DNA of 64,000 bases from an uncultured Chloroflexia bacterium (lineage in GTDB: Bacteria; Chloroflexota; Anaerolineae; JAAYZQ01), in the NCBI GenBank assembly GCA_963700285.1, contig CAVOXA010000010.1, forward strand, positions 1,664,001 through 1,728,000. Direction: 5' to 3'. Shown here piece after piece: positions 19,472 to 29,678 of the stretch (within the stretch, counting starts at the first letter, position 1; each line of letters opens with the position of its first letter). Made by a program: the position numbers and the translations under genes. A model generated the notes under the pieces. That model did no database searches and had not been told where the DNA came from. It saw nothing but the letters and a program-made list of their open reading frames with translations.

Positions 19472-21281
19472 ATGTTGTTTATGAAGCAATCCACAAGTGA
19501 ACTGCGTCGCTGGCATCCGCAAAAGCTCCTTGCATCGCTTCTCATCGTGGCTTTCATTGTCGCGATAGTAGGCGTTCTTCCGCTAGAGCCTGCTGAGGTA
19601 GCAAGCGCCCAGGAGCTTGCTGATCCTGGGAGTGAGACGTCGCTCGCGGCGCAAGCTACCTGGAGCGATCCATGGCCTTTCCAACCAACATCATCCTCAT
19701 TTCCTGAATGGATCCCCGCCCATGCCGGACAAGGCAATCTGACGGCGACACTTGAGAGCAGTGTCACTGCAACGCGGGCTCCTGATGGACGCTGGTGGGG
19801 AGTCCAAATCTACGGCCAGAATCTTCGTGTCGAGAATATGGATAAGGTTGGTGCGGGCGTTGTCCGGGTGCCGCTGGAGTGGAAGACGATCGAGCCCGCA
19901 AATACCACACCAGCGAACTACCAATGGCCAGCAGAGTTTGAAGGGCAGCTTGCCCAACTAGCTGCCAGAAACATCAGGATCATTCTCACGCTCATGGGAA
20001 ATCCCTCGTGGGCAGCAACTTATGAGGCTGGACCCATCGACAAAACAGATGTCAGCGAGCTCGTGCAATTCATGGAGGCCGCCGTAGATCGCTACAGTGC
20101 GCCGCCGTACAACATCAAGTTTTGGGAGATCTACAACGAGCCCGACAATGCCCGCAAGTCTCGTGCCGCGCACGGCGGGTGGGGATACTTTCGGCGATCA
20201 ACCCGATAAATACGTCGAGGTTCTGGCCGCCCTCTACGAGCCGGTCAAGGATGTGGACCCGCAAGCCCAGATCGTATTCGGCGGCCTGGCCTATGACGGC
20301 TGGGACAATGGCTTTGTGGAGGATTTTCTGGATGATGTGCTGGCGCAGGGCGGTGGTGACTATTTTGACTTCATGAACTTTCACTACTTCACCTACTACA
20401 GAGAAATTGTGGGACCCAGCTACGGCATCGACATCATCGGCAAAACAGCGTACATTCGCGACAAGCTCGAGTCGTATGGCGTGGACAAACCCCACATCTG
20501 CAGTGAGACCTGCATGGGCAGCAACCCAGGGTTTGGCACGGAGGAACTCCAGGCCCGTTACGTTCCACAGGTCATGGCCCGCAGCGGGGAGGCCGGCTTG
20601 GATTTCACCGTCTGGTGGTGGCTCTATGACTACTCCAACATCGCCCAAGAGTGCGGCCTGCTGAGAGAGAATGGTAGTCTCAAGCCAGCCTACTATGCCT
20701 ACCAGACCCTCGCCAGTGAACTGGCCTCCACCGAGTACGTTGGCTCTATGCCGCCAGCAGATACGGGATCCGATGATATCGAGGCCTACGAGTTCGCCAC
20801 TGTGCAGGGTTCCGCCCCGGTGATCGTAGCCTGGACCAACGACGGTCTCCAGCACCAGATGCTGCTGGAGACCGAGCAGATTGTGATGGTGGACAAGTTC
20901 GGAGCCACCACGGAAATCTCCGATGATGATGATGGCAAGAATGACGGAAAGGTGACGGTTTCTGTCGGCCCGAGCCCGGTGTACCTGCGCTATCAACGCA
21001 TGTACCAGTTAGACATCGTCACTATTGGAATGGGTACGGTGAAACGACAGCCAAACCGGGCTGACTATCAGTTTGGCGAAGTGGTAACCTTGACTCCAGT
21101 TCCGAGCGCGGACTGGTCCTTTGGTCACTGGGGCGGCGTCGATGCAGAAGGTCTGGCTTTTAACGGCGATGGAACCTGGTCGCTGACCATGGATGCTGAC
21201 AGGGCACTGACCGCCATGTTCCTCCCACCCAAGGATCATGGCGCCTACCTGCCCGTGGTGTATCGGAACGCACGGCCTTGA
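19472..21281 (+). CDS. Secreted clan GH-A glycoside hydrolase (GH39/GH5-like) with InlB-B-type repeat and YLP tail; apparent frameshift at ~20190
   Basis: WEIYNEPD (acid/base) in ORF 19472..20209 continues to NFHY, SET and KPAYYAY in 20097..21281. Ends AYLPVVYR. Confidence 0.8.
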
Positions 21282-21331
21282 CGATTCTGCGTTTATGACT
21301 GGAATCTGCGATTCTGAGGAGAATAGCTAGA

Positions 21332-22978
21332 GTGCGTAGGGTTCATAATTCGGTAGTGCTGTTGCTTGTCGCTGCGGTGACCGCCATATCAGCGATGATG
21401 ATAGCGGTGAAGGATCCTGCCGTGGCCATGCCAGCCAGACCGCAGGCACATCAGCATCTTGCTGTCTGGCGGACCGATAGATCCAGCAGGGATACCGATA
21501 GGCTGGCGAGTGCTCTTCCCGTATCGGACGCAAAATCCACCGCCTTCCTGCCAGCGGTCTTTGGCGGCCAAGGCTCCACGTGCTCGGTGCAGTCCCCATT
21601 CTCGCTCGAGGTTGCCGCCCTTCATCAGATTGTACCAAGCGTGGAAGGGGCATACAGTACCCATACCATGACTGATGCCGAATGGTGGGCACTGTACCAA
21701 GATGCATTTCCCTCCCTGGCGGCGGCATTGAAAGCAAGCGGAGCCTGTTGGACGCGAGTGCGAGTTGACTGGGCAATGATCCAGCCAGAGCCACCGCCAG
21801 CCGAATATGTGTGGGGGCCCTACCACGACGAGAGGTTACGGCTGGTGGCTGAAACAGGTGTGCACCAAATCGCCATTGTAGACGGTATACCCGAGTGGGC
21901 AGGCAACTCGGTCTTTGGCCCCATTGATTCTGACCGGCTGGATGAGTTCACTCAATTCCTGACTGAATTGGTCACTCGCTATAAGGAACCACCTTACGAC
22001 ATCCATCACTGGGAGTTGTTCAACGAACCTGACAGGACGACTGCAGACGGCGTTCCGGTAGGTTGGGGGTATGAGGGCGACCGCTATGCCCAGATGTTGG
22101 CCGTGGCCTACCCGGCAATCAAGGCGGCTGACCCGCAAGCGACGGTTTTGATGGGAGGCCTGGCCTATGACTGGTTCACGGAGTATCGTGGGCCATTCAA
22201 TCGTTACTTTCCAGACAAAGTGATGACGAGCGGCGGTGGCGATCACCTGGACGTTACCAGTTTCCACTACTTCCCTGACTTTTCCGCGGAATGGGAGCGC
22301 TGGGACCCGAAAAGCGAAGAGCGCCGTAACGGCTGGCTACCTGCCCCTAGCTGTGGCAAGGTGGATGATGGGCGAGGCACAGCCTACGAGGCTGGCGGCA
22401 TTGACCTAATTGCCAAGATATCTCATTTCCGGAATCGTCTAGCTACATGCTTTGGCCTGTACAAGCCAGTGTGGGTTACTGAGTTAGGGGAGCATGGCTA
22501 TGCCGGCGACTCTGACTCCCTTGCCGGGCAGGCTCGCTACGTGATCCAAGGGTATGCTCGCGGCTTGGCAGCCGGCATTCAGAATATCACGTGGTTTGCT
22601 CTCGTCTCCCCACCCTATGACCCGTACGACCAGGGGTTGCTGTTTCAAGATGACTGGTCTCCTAAGCCAAGCTACTTTGCGTACCAGACGATGACCCGCG
22701 AGTTGGCAGACCATACCTACGTGGACACGCTGGATGTGCAAGGTGTCGAAGCCTATGTCTTCCAGGACGCGGCACAGCAAGCAAAGACGGTAGCCTGGAA
22801 TCGATACCCAGGGGAATCGGCCCAGCTCACCTTTGCCGGCCACAGCCGCCTCCGTGTGGTGGATCGCAGTGGCAACGTGATGTTCGTCGAGGATGGAGGA
22901 TCAGGCGATCTGGATGGGACGGCAAACGGGAGTGTGAGCCTAAACATGACAGCCGATCCGGTTTTCGTGTCGCGATAG
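21332..22978 (+). CDS. Secreted clan GH-A glycoside hydrolase (GH39/GH5-like)
   Basis: Signal peptide, AFLPAV motif, WELFNEPD, SFHYF, VWVTELG, PKPSYFAY. Confidence 0.82.
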   Translation: MRRVHNSVVLLLVAAVTAISAMMIAVKDPAVAMPARPQAHQHLAVWRTDRSSRDTDRLASALPVSDAKSTAFLPAVFGGQGSTCSVQSPFSLEVAALHQIVPSVEGAYSTHTMTDAEWWALYQDAFPSLAAALKASGACWTRVRVDWAMIQPEPPPAEYVWGPYHDERLRLVAETGVHQIAIVDGIPEWAGNSVFGPIDSDRLDEFTQFLTELVTRYKEPPYDIHHWELFNEPDRTTADGVPVGWGYEGDRYAQMLAVAYPAIKAADPQATVLMGGLAYDWFTEYRGPFNRYFPDKVMTSGGGDHLDVTSFHYFPDFSAEWERWDPKSEERRNGWLPAPSCGKVDDGRGTAYEAGGIDLIAKISHFRNRLATCFGLYKPVWVTELGEHGYAGDSDSLAGQARYVIQGYARGLAAGIQNITWFALVSPPYDPYDQGLLFQDDWSPKPSYFAYQTMTRELADHTYVDTLDVQGVEAYVFQDAAQQAKTVAWNRYPGESAQLTFAGHSRLRVVDRSGNVMFVEDGGSGDLDGTANGSVSLNMTADPVFVSR

Positions 22979-23148
22979 AGGTCAAGTCGGCTGACAAAAG
23001 ATCTCAGATTCTGGGCTATGATGCGCGGGCAGATAGTCGATCTCGTTCTCAAGACCGGCAGCCGCTCAGCGCATATTTGCGACTGCAAGTAGGCTGATTG
23101 GTGTGTCTCCAGGCTATCGATGCTACCCGGCTGGATGGTACGTAGGGT

Positions 23149-24234
23149 ATGGAGCAGGAGCGCATGGAGCACAGCAAGCGCGCTAGCATTATCATTGTGG
23201 CCCATAACGGAATAGACTACTTGGCTACATGCCTTGCATCGTTGCGGCGAGAAATCAGTCCTCACGATGAGTTGATAGTCGTCGACAATGCCTCTTGCGA
23301 TGGGAGTGCCGACTTGGTGCGCCAGCAGTGGCCCCATGCAACTGTCATTCGAAACCAGGCCAACGTCGGCTTTGCTGCTGGATGCAACACAGGAGCGGAG
23401 CACGCCAAGGGGTTTTACGTGGTATTTCTCAACCAGGATACGGAGGTCCTGCCTGGATGGCTTGACGCACTCTTGGCTGCTCTTGAGTCGGATGAAGCTG
23501 CTGCCCTGACCGCGTCAAAACAGCTATATCTGACCTGTCCCGAACAACTGCACAACGCAGGAGCAGACCTGCATTACTCCGGCTTGGTCTTCCTCCGTGG
23601 CGTGTTGCAGCGTGCCGACAAGTTCGCAAACGGAATTGAGAAGGTCCAAAGTGTAGTCGGCGCATCCTTTGCCATGCCCCGAAAGATCTGGAGGGAGCTG
23701 GGCGGCTTTTGCCCAGAGTTTTACATGTACTACGAGGAAATGGATCTTTCCTGGCGGGCGCAGCTAGCTGGGTACGTGTGCCTCTATACTCCAGAGTCGC
23801 TTGTCTACCACGGCGTGCCTCGCTCCACTCCCTCCTTCAACAAGCTACACTACATATGTCGCAATCGGCAGGTATCGCTGCTGAGTAACTGGCGGTGGAC
23901 CACCCTTGTTCTGTTGGGTCCCGGGCTCTTGCTGGCGGAACTGGCAGAGTTCGGCTTTGTGATCGTGGCAGGGAGGTTGGGGGGTATCTGGGCCAAACTG
24001 GCTGCCTACGGCTGGCTGCTCCGAAACCTTGGTACAGTGATGCGCCTGCGACGGGAGAGCCACCATCTCAGGCGCGTGCCCGACTGGGTGATCTTGGAGA
24101 ACCGAAGCTGGACACTTCAGCCGAGGGAATTCACCGGCGGCCAATTCGGCCGATGGCTGGCCAAGCTAGTGAACATTCCTCTATACGCCAATGGATGGTT
24201 GGTCTGGCATATTTGTCGTGGCTTGGGATGGTGA
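23149..24234 (+). CDS. Glycosyltransferase family 2
   Basis: SIIIVAHN, VVDNAS, FLNQD, YEEMDLSWRA. Confidence 0.9.
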   Translation: MEQERMEHSKRASIIIVAHNGIDYLATCLASLRREISPHDELIVVDNASCDGSADLVRQQWPHATVIRNQANVGFAAGCNTGAEHAKGFYVVFLNQDTEVLPGWLDALLAALESDEAAALTASKQLYLTCPEQLHNAGADLHYSGLVFLRGVLQRADKFANGIEKVQSVVGASFAMPRKIWRELGGFCPEFYMYYEEMDLSWRAQLAGYVCLYTPESLVYHGVPRSTPSFNKLHYICRNRQVSLLSNWRWTTLVLLGPGLLLAELAEFGFVIVAGRLGGIWAKLAAYGWLLRNLGTVMRLRRESHHLRRVPDWVILENRSWTLQPREFTGGQFGRWLAKLVNIPLYANGWLVWHICRGLGW

Positions 24235-24327
24235 GAGGGCGTGCAGAATACACAAGGCCAGGTGCCCGGCCCGGTCTGACCCTAGTCTGCGGTGGGGATA
24301 GCTGAACTATCCCACTCGGCTTCCTAT

Positions 24328-24356
24328 TTGACAGCCATTGGTACAGAGGGTATAGT
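24328..24356 (+). promoter_or_regulatory. Sigma70-type promoter
   Basis: TTGACA-17nt-TATAGT. Confidence 0.65.
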
Positions 24357-24479
24357 TGGCTCCAAGATGAATGGGCTGGTGATGAGGCTGAATCCCCCTA
24401 TGGTAGGCCATATCTTCACGACAACCCGCGTTCTTGCCAGACGCCTGTTCTGTACGTCGCAGCTTGGCAGGAGGGCAAC

Positions 24480-25514
24480 ATGATCTCGGGAGAACCCTGG
24501 ATCTCGGTGATCGTGCCCGCGTACCAGGCGGAAGCTACTATCGACCGTTGCCTGGAGGCCCTTGCTGATCAGACCACGGCTCAAGACGCGTACGAAGTGT
24601 TGCTAGTGGACGACGGCTCCACGGATGGGACTTGCGCCCGAGTCAAGACCCATGCCGGGATTCGCCTGCTCACCCAGCCCAATGCCGGGCCGGCCTCAGC
24701 CCGTAACCTGGGTGTGCAGCATGCGAGGGGCAAGTTGGTACTGTTCACCGACGCGGACTGCGAGCCAGCTCCAGATTGGATCGAGCAGATGGCTGCCCCT
24801 TTTCAGCGGGAAGAGATCGCTGGAGCGAAAGGCGCCTACCTCAGTCGCCAGACAGAACTGGTAGCCCGTTTCGTGCAAATGGAGTATGAGGAAAAATACG
24901 ACTCTATGGCCAGAGAGCGATATATCGACTTTGTTGACACCTACGCAGCGGGCTACTGGCGAGATATCTTTCTTGATCACGGCGGCTTCGATCCGGTGTT
25001 CCTGGTTGCCTCGGTGGAGGATCAGGAATTCTCTTTTCGGCTGGCACGGCAGGGATACAAGATGGTCTTTGTACCTGAGGCCCGGGTCTATCACTGGGGC
25101 CATGCGCCCAACCTCGGCACCTATCTGAAGCGCAAGTTCAGGATCGGCTACTGGAAAATCCTGGTCACGCGGCGGTACCCGAACAAGATCGCTCGCGACT
25201 CTCACACGCCGCAGGTACTCAAGTTGCAGATCTTGTTGGTGGGATTCGGGCTTGCCTGCTTGGTCGCTAGCCCCCTGTGGACCAGCCTGATCTGGGGAGG
25301 CCTTGCCGCAGGGTTGGCATTCTCGCTGACCACACTGCCATTTGTTTTGAAAGCGTGGCGAAAAGATCGACTGGTGGCCATCATCTCCCCTGGGCTGCTC
25401 CTCGGGCGTGCTCTAAGCTTGGGAGTGGGTCTTGCTGTAGGACTCGTGGCCAATCTCGGTGCTGAGCTCGGCATTGGAGAGCGCAAAAGTGCGCGAACAA
25501 CACCAAGCCCCTGA
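24480..25514 (+). CDS. Glycosyltransferase family 2 with C-terminal TM segments
   Basis: SVIVPAY, VDDGSTD, GPASARNLG, FTDAD, EDQEFSFR. Confidence 0.9.
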   Translation: MISGEPWISVIVPAYQAEATIDRCLEALADQTTAQDAYEVLLVDDGSTDGTCARVKTHAGIRLLTQPNAGPASARNLGVQHARGKLVLFTDADCEPAPDWIEQMAAPFQREEIAGAKGAYLSRQTELVARFVQMEYEEKYDSMARERYIDFVDTYAAGYWRDIFLDHGGFDPVFLVASVEDQEFSFRLARQGYKMVFVPEARVYHWGHAPNLGTYLKRKFRIGYWKILVTRRYPNKIARDSHTPQVLKLQILLVGFGLACLVASPLWTSLIWGGLAAGLAFSLTTLPFVLKAWRKDRLVAIISPGLLLGRALSLGVGLAVGLVANLGAELGIGERKSARTTPSP

Positions 25515-26157
25515 GGACGTCCCGCTGTCGCCGAAGCATCTAGCATCGATCCAGGGCAGAAGGGGCATTCTCAAACAGATAATCGACATTGTGGGAGCAA
25601 CCATCGGTCTGCTGCTCTTTGCGCCCTTGATGCTGTTGATCACCATCTCAATCAAGCTTGACTCGCTCGGACCGGTTTTGTTCATACAGAGGCGTGTGGG
25701 GCTATTCGGCGAGACATTTCAGGTGTACAAGTTCCGCAGTATGGTTGCGAACGCCGAGGATCTGCTCGATCAGCTGATCGATATCCAGGTACTGGAAGAG
25801 CCAGTTTTCAAGATCCGCAACGACCCAAGGGTGACTCGTGTGGGCCGCTTCTTGCGCCGCTGGAGCCTAGATGAGCTTCCCCAGTTCGTCAATGTGCTCA
25901 AAGGGGACATGAGTCTCGTAGGTCCCCGTCCTGAAGAGGTGGGGCTCGTGCAATACTACAGCGACTTCCACCGGGCGCGCCTGTTAGCCAAGCCGGGGAT
26001 GACTGGGCCTGTGCAGGTGAGCGGCCGGGGCGACTTGTCGCTTAGGGCGAGAGTCGAGCTGGAGATTGATTACATCCAGCACTATTCTCTCGGCAAAGAT
26101 CTGCAGATCCTGCTGAAGACGATCCCAGCAGTGATACGTGGTGATGGCTCCTATTGA
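25489..26157 (+). CDS. Priming polyprenyl-phosphate sugar-1-phosphate transferase (bacterial sugar transferase family)
   Basis: YKFRSM, DPRVTRVGRFLRRWSLDELPQF.NVL.GDMSLVGPRP. Likely GTG start at 25489 after GGAG. Confidence 0.92.
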   Translation: MREQHQAPEDVPLSPKHLASIQGRRGILKQIIDIVGATIGLLLFAPLMLLITISIKLDSLGPVLFIQRRVGLFGETFQVYKFRSMVANAEDLLDQLIDIQVLEEPVFKIRNDPRVTRVGRFLRRWSLDELPQFVNVLKGDMSLVGPRPEEVGLVQYYSDFHRARLLAKPGMTGPVQVSGRGDLSLRARVELEIDYIQHYSLGKDLQILLKTIPAVIRGDGSY

Positions 26158-26314
26158 GGCACTCGAGAACGGCCTGGGAGAGTTAAATCGACACAAGTCC
26201 CCCAGATCATCTATTGCCTTCCGCTGCGGGCCAGGCTGGCAGGCCTGACTGCGGGCTGAGTCTGGGCTGCTGGGCGGTACCAAGTTCCAGCAGGCGAGGA
26301 GGACTGAGGCCACC

Positions 26315-27823
26315 GTGCGCCATGAGGAGAAACGCGCTACGCTCATCGTGATGGTGGGGCTGGGGGCAACTGTGGCCACTGGCTATCTGCGTGAAGCAGC
26401 CCTGGCCTATCAGCTTGGTGTCGGTCGTTCGGCTGACATCTTTCTCATCGCCTTCGCGGTACCCGAGTTTGTCATCACGGCGCTGCCCATAATCCTTTCA
26501 GCGACCTTCATTCCCCTGTTTGCCGCTATCCGCCAGCGGGCTGGCGAGGGGCACGCCTGGCGCTTTGGTTACCAGGCGGCTGGGGGCCTGCTATTGCTGT
26601 TACTAGGCATTGTGGTCGTGGCTGCATGGGGAGCTCCCTTGTACATAAGCTGGCTGGCGCCCGGTTTCGGGCCCTGGGAGCAGGTCCAATCGGTCCGAGC
26701 CCTGTACCGCATGCTGCCTGCCATAGTCCTGATGGCAGGAGCGAACTTGGTCACTGCGGCGCTCCACGTCTACCGCCGCTTTGCGCGTCCGGCGCTGGCC
26801 TCAGCGACCAACAACTTGGTTTTCGTCGCTGCCCTGCTGGGCCTGCCCCTGGCCTGGGCGGTAGGCCGAGCTGCATGGGGTGTGACCTTGGGCGCAGCCT
26901 CGGCCCTGCTGGTTCAGTTGCCTTTGCTGTGGACCCTTCGCCCCGGTTGGCGAAAGGTAAAGGCCAAGGAGGATGCCCGAGAAGAGCTGTACCCAACGAT
27001 AAGGGACCTGGTCCGTCTGGCCGGGCCGCTGACGGCAGGATATGCAGTGCACCATGCCATCCTCCTTGTGGATCGAGCCATGGCCTCAACGTTGGGCGCC
27101 GGTAGCGTGGCCACCCTCAACTATGGCTACCGGCTAGCCTTGGTTGTGGGCCAGTTGAGTGGGTTGGCTGTCTCGACAGCGATGTTTCCCGGAATGGCGG
27201 AGCAGGCCGATCGCAGCGATGATGCCGGCCTGCGGGCCAGCCTTGCAGGTGCGCTGGGCCTTGTCTGGGCCATTGGCGTCCCTGCTTGCACCGGGTTGGT
27301 CCTTTTGCGAGTGCCGGTGGTCCAGGTGCTGTTCGAACGCGGAGCCTTTGATCAGGAGGCCACGGCAGCGGTCAGCGATGTGCTGAGGTGGTATGCTCCG
27401 GCAGTCCTGGCCGACGCGCTGTGCCAGCCGCTGTGGCGGGTCGTCTATGCTTGGCGCAGGGGGCGAGCAGTACTGGCAGTCAATGCCTTGCAGACCCTCC
27501 TTCGCTTGACAGGCAATCTGATCTTGATGCCGAGATTTGGGTATGATGGCCTGGCCCTGTCGGCCGCCATGGGGCTGTCCGTGCAACTCCTGGTCTTGCT
27601 CTGGTTCGTGCGCCGCCGTCTAGGAAACTATTTGGCGTTGCAGTGGTGGCGGCGAGCAGTCCGCGTTATTGCTGCCACGGGCTGTGCACTCGTCACGGCG
27701 GGTCTGCTGCATCGCAGCTTGTCCACAGCACCAGCCTTGGTCGATCTCATAGTCAGCGGTACGGTTGGTAGCTTGACGTATCTGCTTGTTCTTTGGTTGC
27801 TTGAGCAAGGGAATCGACACTAA
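26315..27823 (+). CDS. MurJ/MviN-like lipid-linked glycan flippase
   Basis: GYLRE..LAY.LG, FIPLF, VDRAMASTLGAGSVATLNY, LFERGAFD, multiple TM helices. Confidence 0.85.
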   Translation: MRHEEKRATLIVMVGLGATVATGYLREAALAYQLGVGRSADIFLIAFAVPEFVITALPIILSATFIPLFAAIRQRAGEGHAWRFGYQAAGGLLLLLLGIVVVAAWGAPLYISWLAPGFGPWEQVQSVRALYRMLPAIVLMAGANLVTAALHVYRRFARPALASATNNLVFVAALLGLPLAWAVGRAAWGVTLGAASALLVQLPLLWTLRPGWRKVKAKEDAREELYPTIRDLVRLAGPLTAGYAVHHAILLVDRAMASTLGAGSVATLNYGYRLALVVGQLSGLAVSTAMFPGMAEQADRSDDAGLRASLAGALGLVWAIGVPACTGLVLLRVPVVQVLFERGAFDQEATAAVSDVLRWYAPAVLADALCQPLWRVVYAWRRGRAVLAVNALQTLLRLTGNLILMPRFGYDGLALSAAMGLSVQLLVLLWFVRRRLGNYLALQWWRRAVRVIAATGCALVTAGLLHRSLSTAPALVDLIVSGTVGSLTYLLVLWLLEQGNRH

Positions 27824-27914
27824 TACCCAGGGCTGCGGGCCAGCAACCCACGGGCACTTGTGAGTTGTTGGTAGTCTCTTTGCAACCACCCTTTGACATC
27901 GTACTGTCTGGCCC

Positions 27915-29222
27915 TCAACGTACGAACAAATGGCTTACCCGCTCCCAATCAGCAAAGAGATAGAGGGCGCCCAAACAGTGGAGCCAGGCTAGAAGCACAG
28001 CCTGGTTTGTGGCCGCAGGCACGCGGGCCAGCCCGCGGACCATCAGCAGAGCAATTGCAGGAAAGGCTAGCATGTAGTATCTATGCGCTGGAAGGGTGGC
28101 AGTCAGAGAGATGAACACCACAGCTATCCACAGCACGACATAGAGGTCGGACCGGACTCTGTGCCGCAGAATTTGCACAGCACCAAGGATTATGAGAGGG
28201 ATGTTGTACACGCCTAGGGCAGAAGGCAGCCTGGTAAGCAGGCTCTCAGCCAGAAACCTCTTTCCCCATTCAGTCAGTACAACGATCCCCAAATATGGGA
28301 CCAGGGTATCAGTCTGAGCGCCAAGTATGCCGCCGAAGAAAGCGAATACTATCCACAACGAGAATAATGCGAGGGATGTCAGAATCATCACAACCAGATA
28401 GCGCTTGAGATGCCGAAGGCGCTTGCTGGCGACAAACCACGCCAGTAGCACCGGGTAGATCAGGACCATGGTATATTTGGAGAGAAGGCCAAGACCGACA
28501 GCCAGCCCCGCGGCCACAGCAAGGGGATACGTCGGATTGCTGCGCAGGCGCGCGACCAGGAGCAGCGATAATACGAAAAAGAAGGTGACCGGGATGTCGG
28601 TCATGGCCGCAGGACCAAGCCGAAAGAAGAGAGGAAATGTGGGCACAAGGAAGGCTGCTAACAACCCCACGCGGCGACTGTACAACTCACAGCCAAGCAA
28701 GTAGGTCACCAGAAGCAGCCCAATGGACAGGACGAGGCCGGTCAGCCGCATGACCAACATCTCTACCCCAAACAGGTGCATGGCGACAGCATAGAGCAAT
28801 ACTATCAACGGAGGATGCTGGGGCCCCAGCCATCGGAAGTCGGTATAACTTTCGAGAAACGGAATTAGACCGTTCTTGACAATGAACTCGGCCGCTGTGA
28901 AGCCACGGCGCTCGGCTGCCCATGGTCGCTGACTTTGCGCGTAGATCAACCCAACTGTCAGTACCAGGAGGCAGAGTACCAAGAGTGCGAGCCATGGACC
29001 AACCGCGAACCTCGCTCCTAATCTGGTGTTCCTCAGGTCAAGACCCTCAGGAAGGACTATCACCACAAGACCGACGACAATCGTGTAGATGACTAGTGCA
29101 GGGATCTTTCCCGAGTAAGCCACCGCGCCCGTCAGCCAGGAGGCACCCAGCCAGACAAGCTGGAGTGCGGTCATCGAACCCAACAGGACAATGCGGGGCT
29201 TTGCGGCGTTGATTCTTCTCAT
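27915..29222 (-). CDS. ArnT/PMT-like GT-C glycosyltransferase (family 39/83-like)
   Basis: Polytopic membrane protein with QHPPL, MTDIP, GLGLLSKY and RYY motifs. Start uncertain (ATG 29222). Confidence 0.78.
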   Translation of the reverse strand: MRRINAAKPRIVLLGSMTALQLVWLGASWLTGAVAYSGKIPALVIYTIVVGLVVIVLPEGLDLRNTRLGARFAVGPWLALLVLCLLVLTVGLIYAQSQRPWAAERRGFTAAEFIVKNGLIPFLESYTDFRWLGPQHPPLIVLLYAVAMHLFGVEMLVMRLTGLVLSIGLLLVTYLLGCELYSRRVGLLAAFLVPTFPLFFRLGPAAMTDIPVTFFFVLSLLLVARLRSNPTYPLAVAAGLAVGLGLLSKYTMVLIYPVLLAWFVASKRLRHLKRYLVVMILTSLALFSLWIVFAFFGGILGAQTDTLVPYLGIVVLTEWGKRFLAESLLTRLPSALGVYNIPLIILGAVQILRHRVRSDLYVVLWIAVVFISLTATLPAHRYYMLAFPAIALLMVRGLARVPAATNQAVLLAWLHCLGALYLFADWERVSHLFVR

Positions 29223-29678
29223 CTGATGCAATCGCAATTCTCCACCCGATCTCGAATAGCTCTGGAGTCCGCCTCGGCGGCACCTGCAACCGCATTCTAC
29301 TACATCTCGTCCCAGAAGACCAGCCGATAGACAGTGGTTCTGGCCTTTCGGTAGAGTTGCTTTCCAGGTACTGGCCGAGACTGTAGATTCGCATAGAGAC
29401 CATCTGAGCTCGGGTGATATCATAGCCCCACGCCTTCAACAGGATCCGAAAACGACATACCTCCGCGATCACACTTCTGGACCCGCCGGAGTTTCTGTGG
29501 TATGATGAATTAGGCAGGCATCCACCCCGCCTCCGACTGTGCTGCCCTTTGGCCATCGTCAGCACAGCCGTCAAGATTCCCTGTCGACTGCCTTTCTTGT
29601 CCTCCAGCCTACAGATTCAAAGGGACGATCCTGGGGAAGGTTTCTGGATTCTACCAGGCAACATCGAGGTGATCCTGT

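Noticed and set aside
24480-26157. GT2-priming transferase fusion broken by a frameshift
   Set aside because: The second gene has its own GGAG plus GTG start at 25489 and both proteins look complete.
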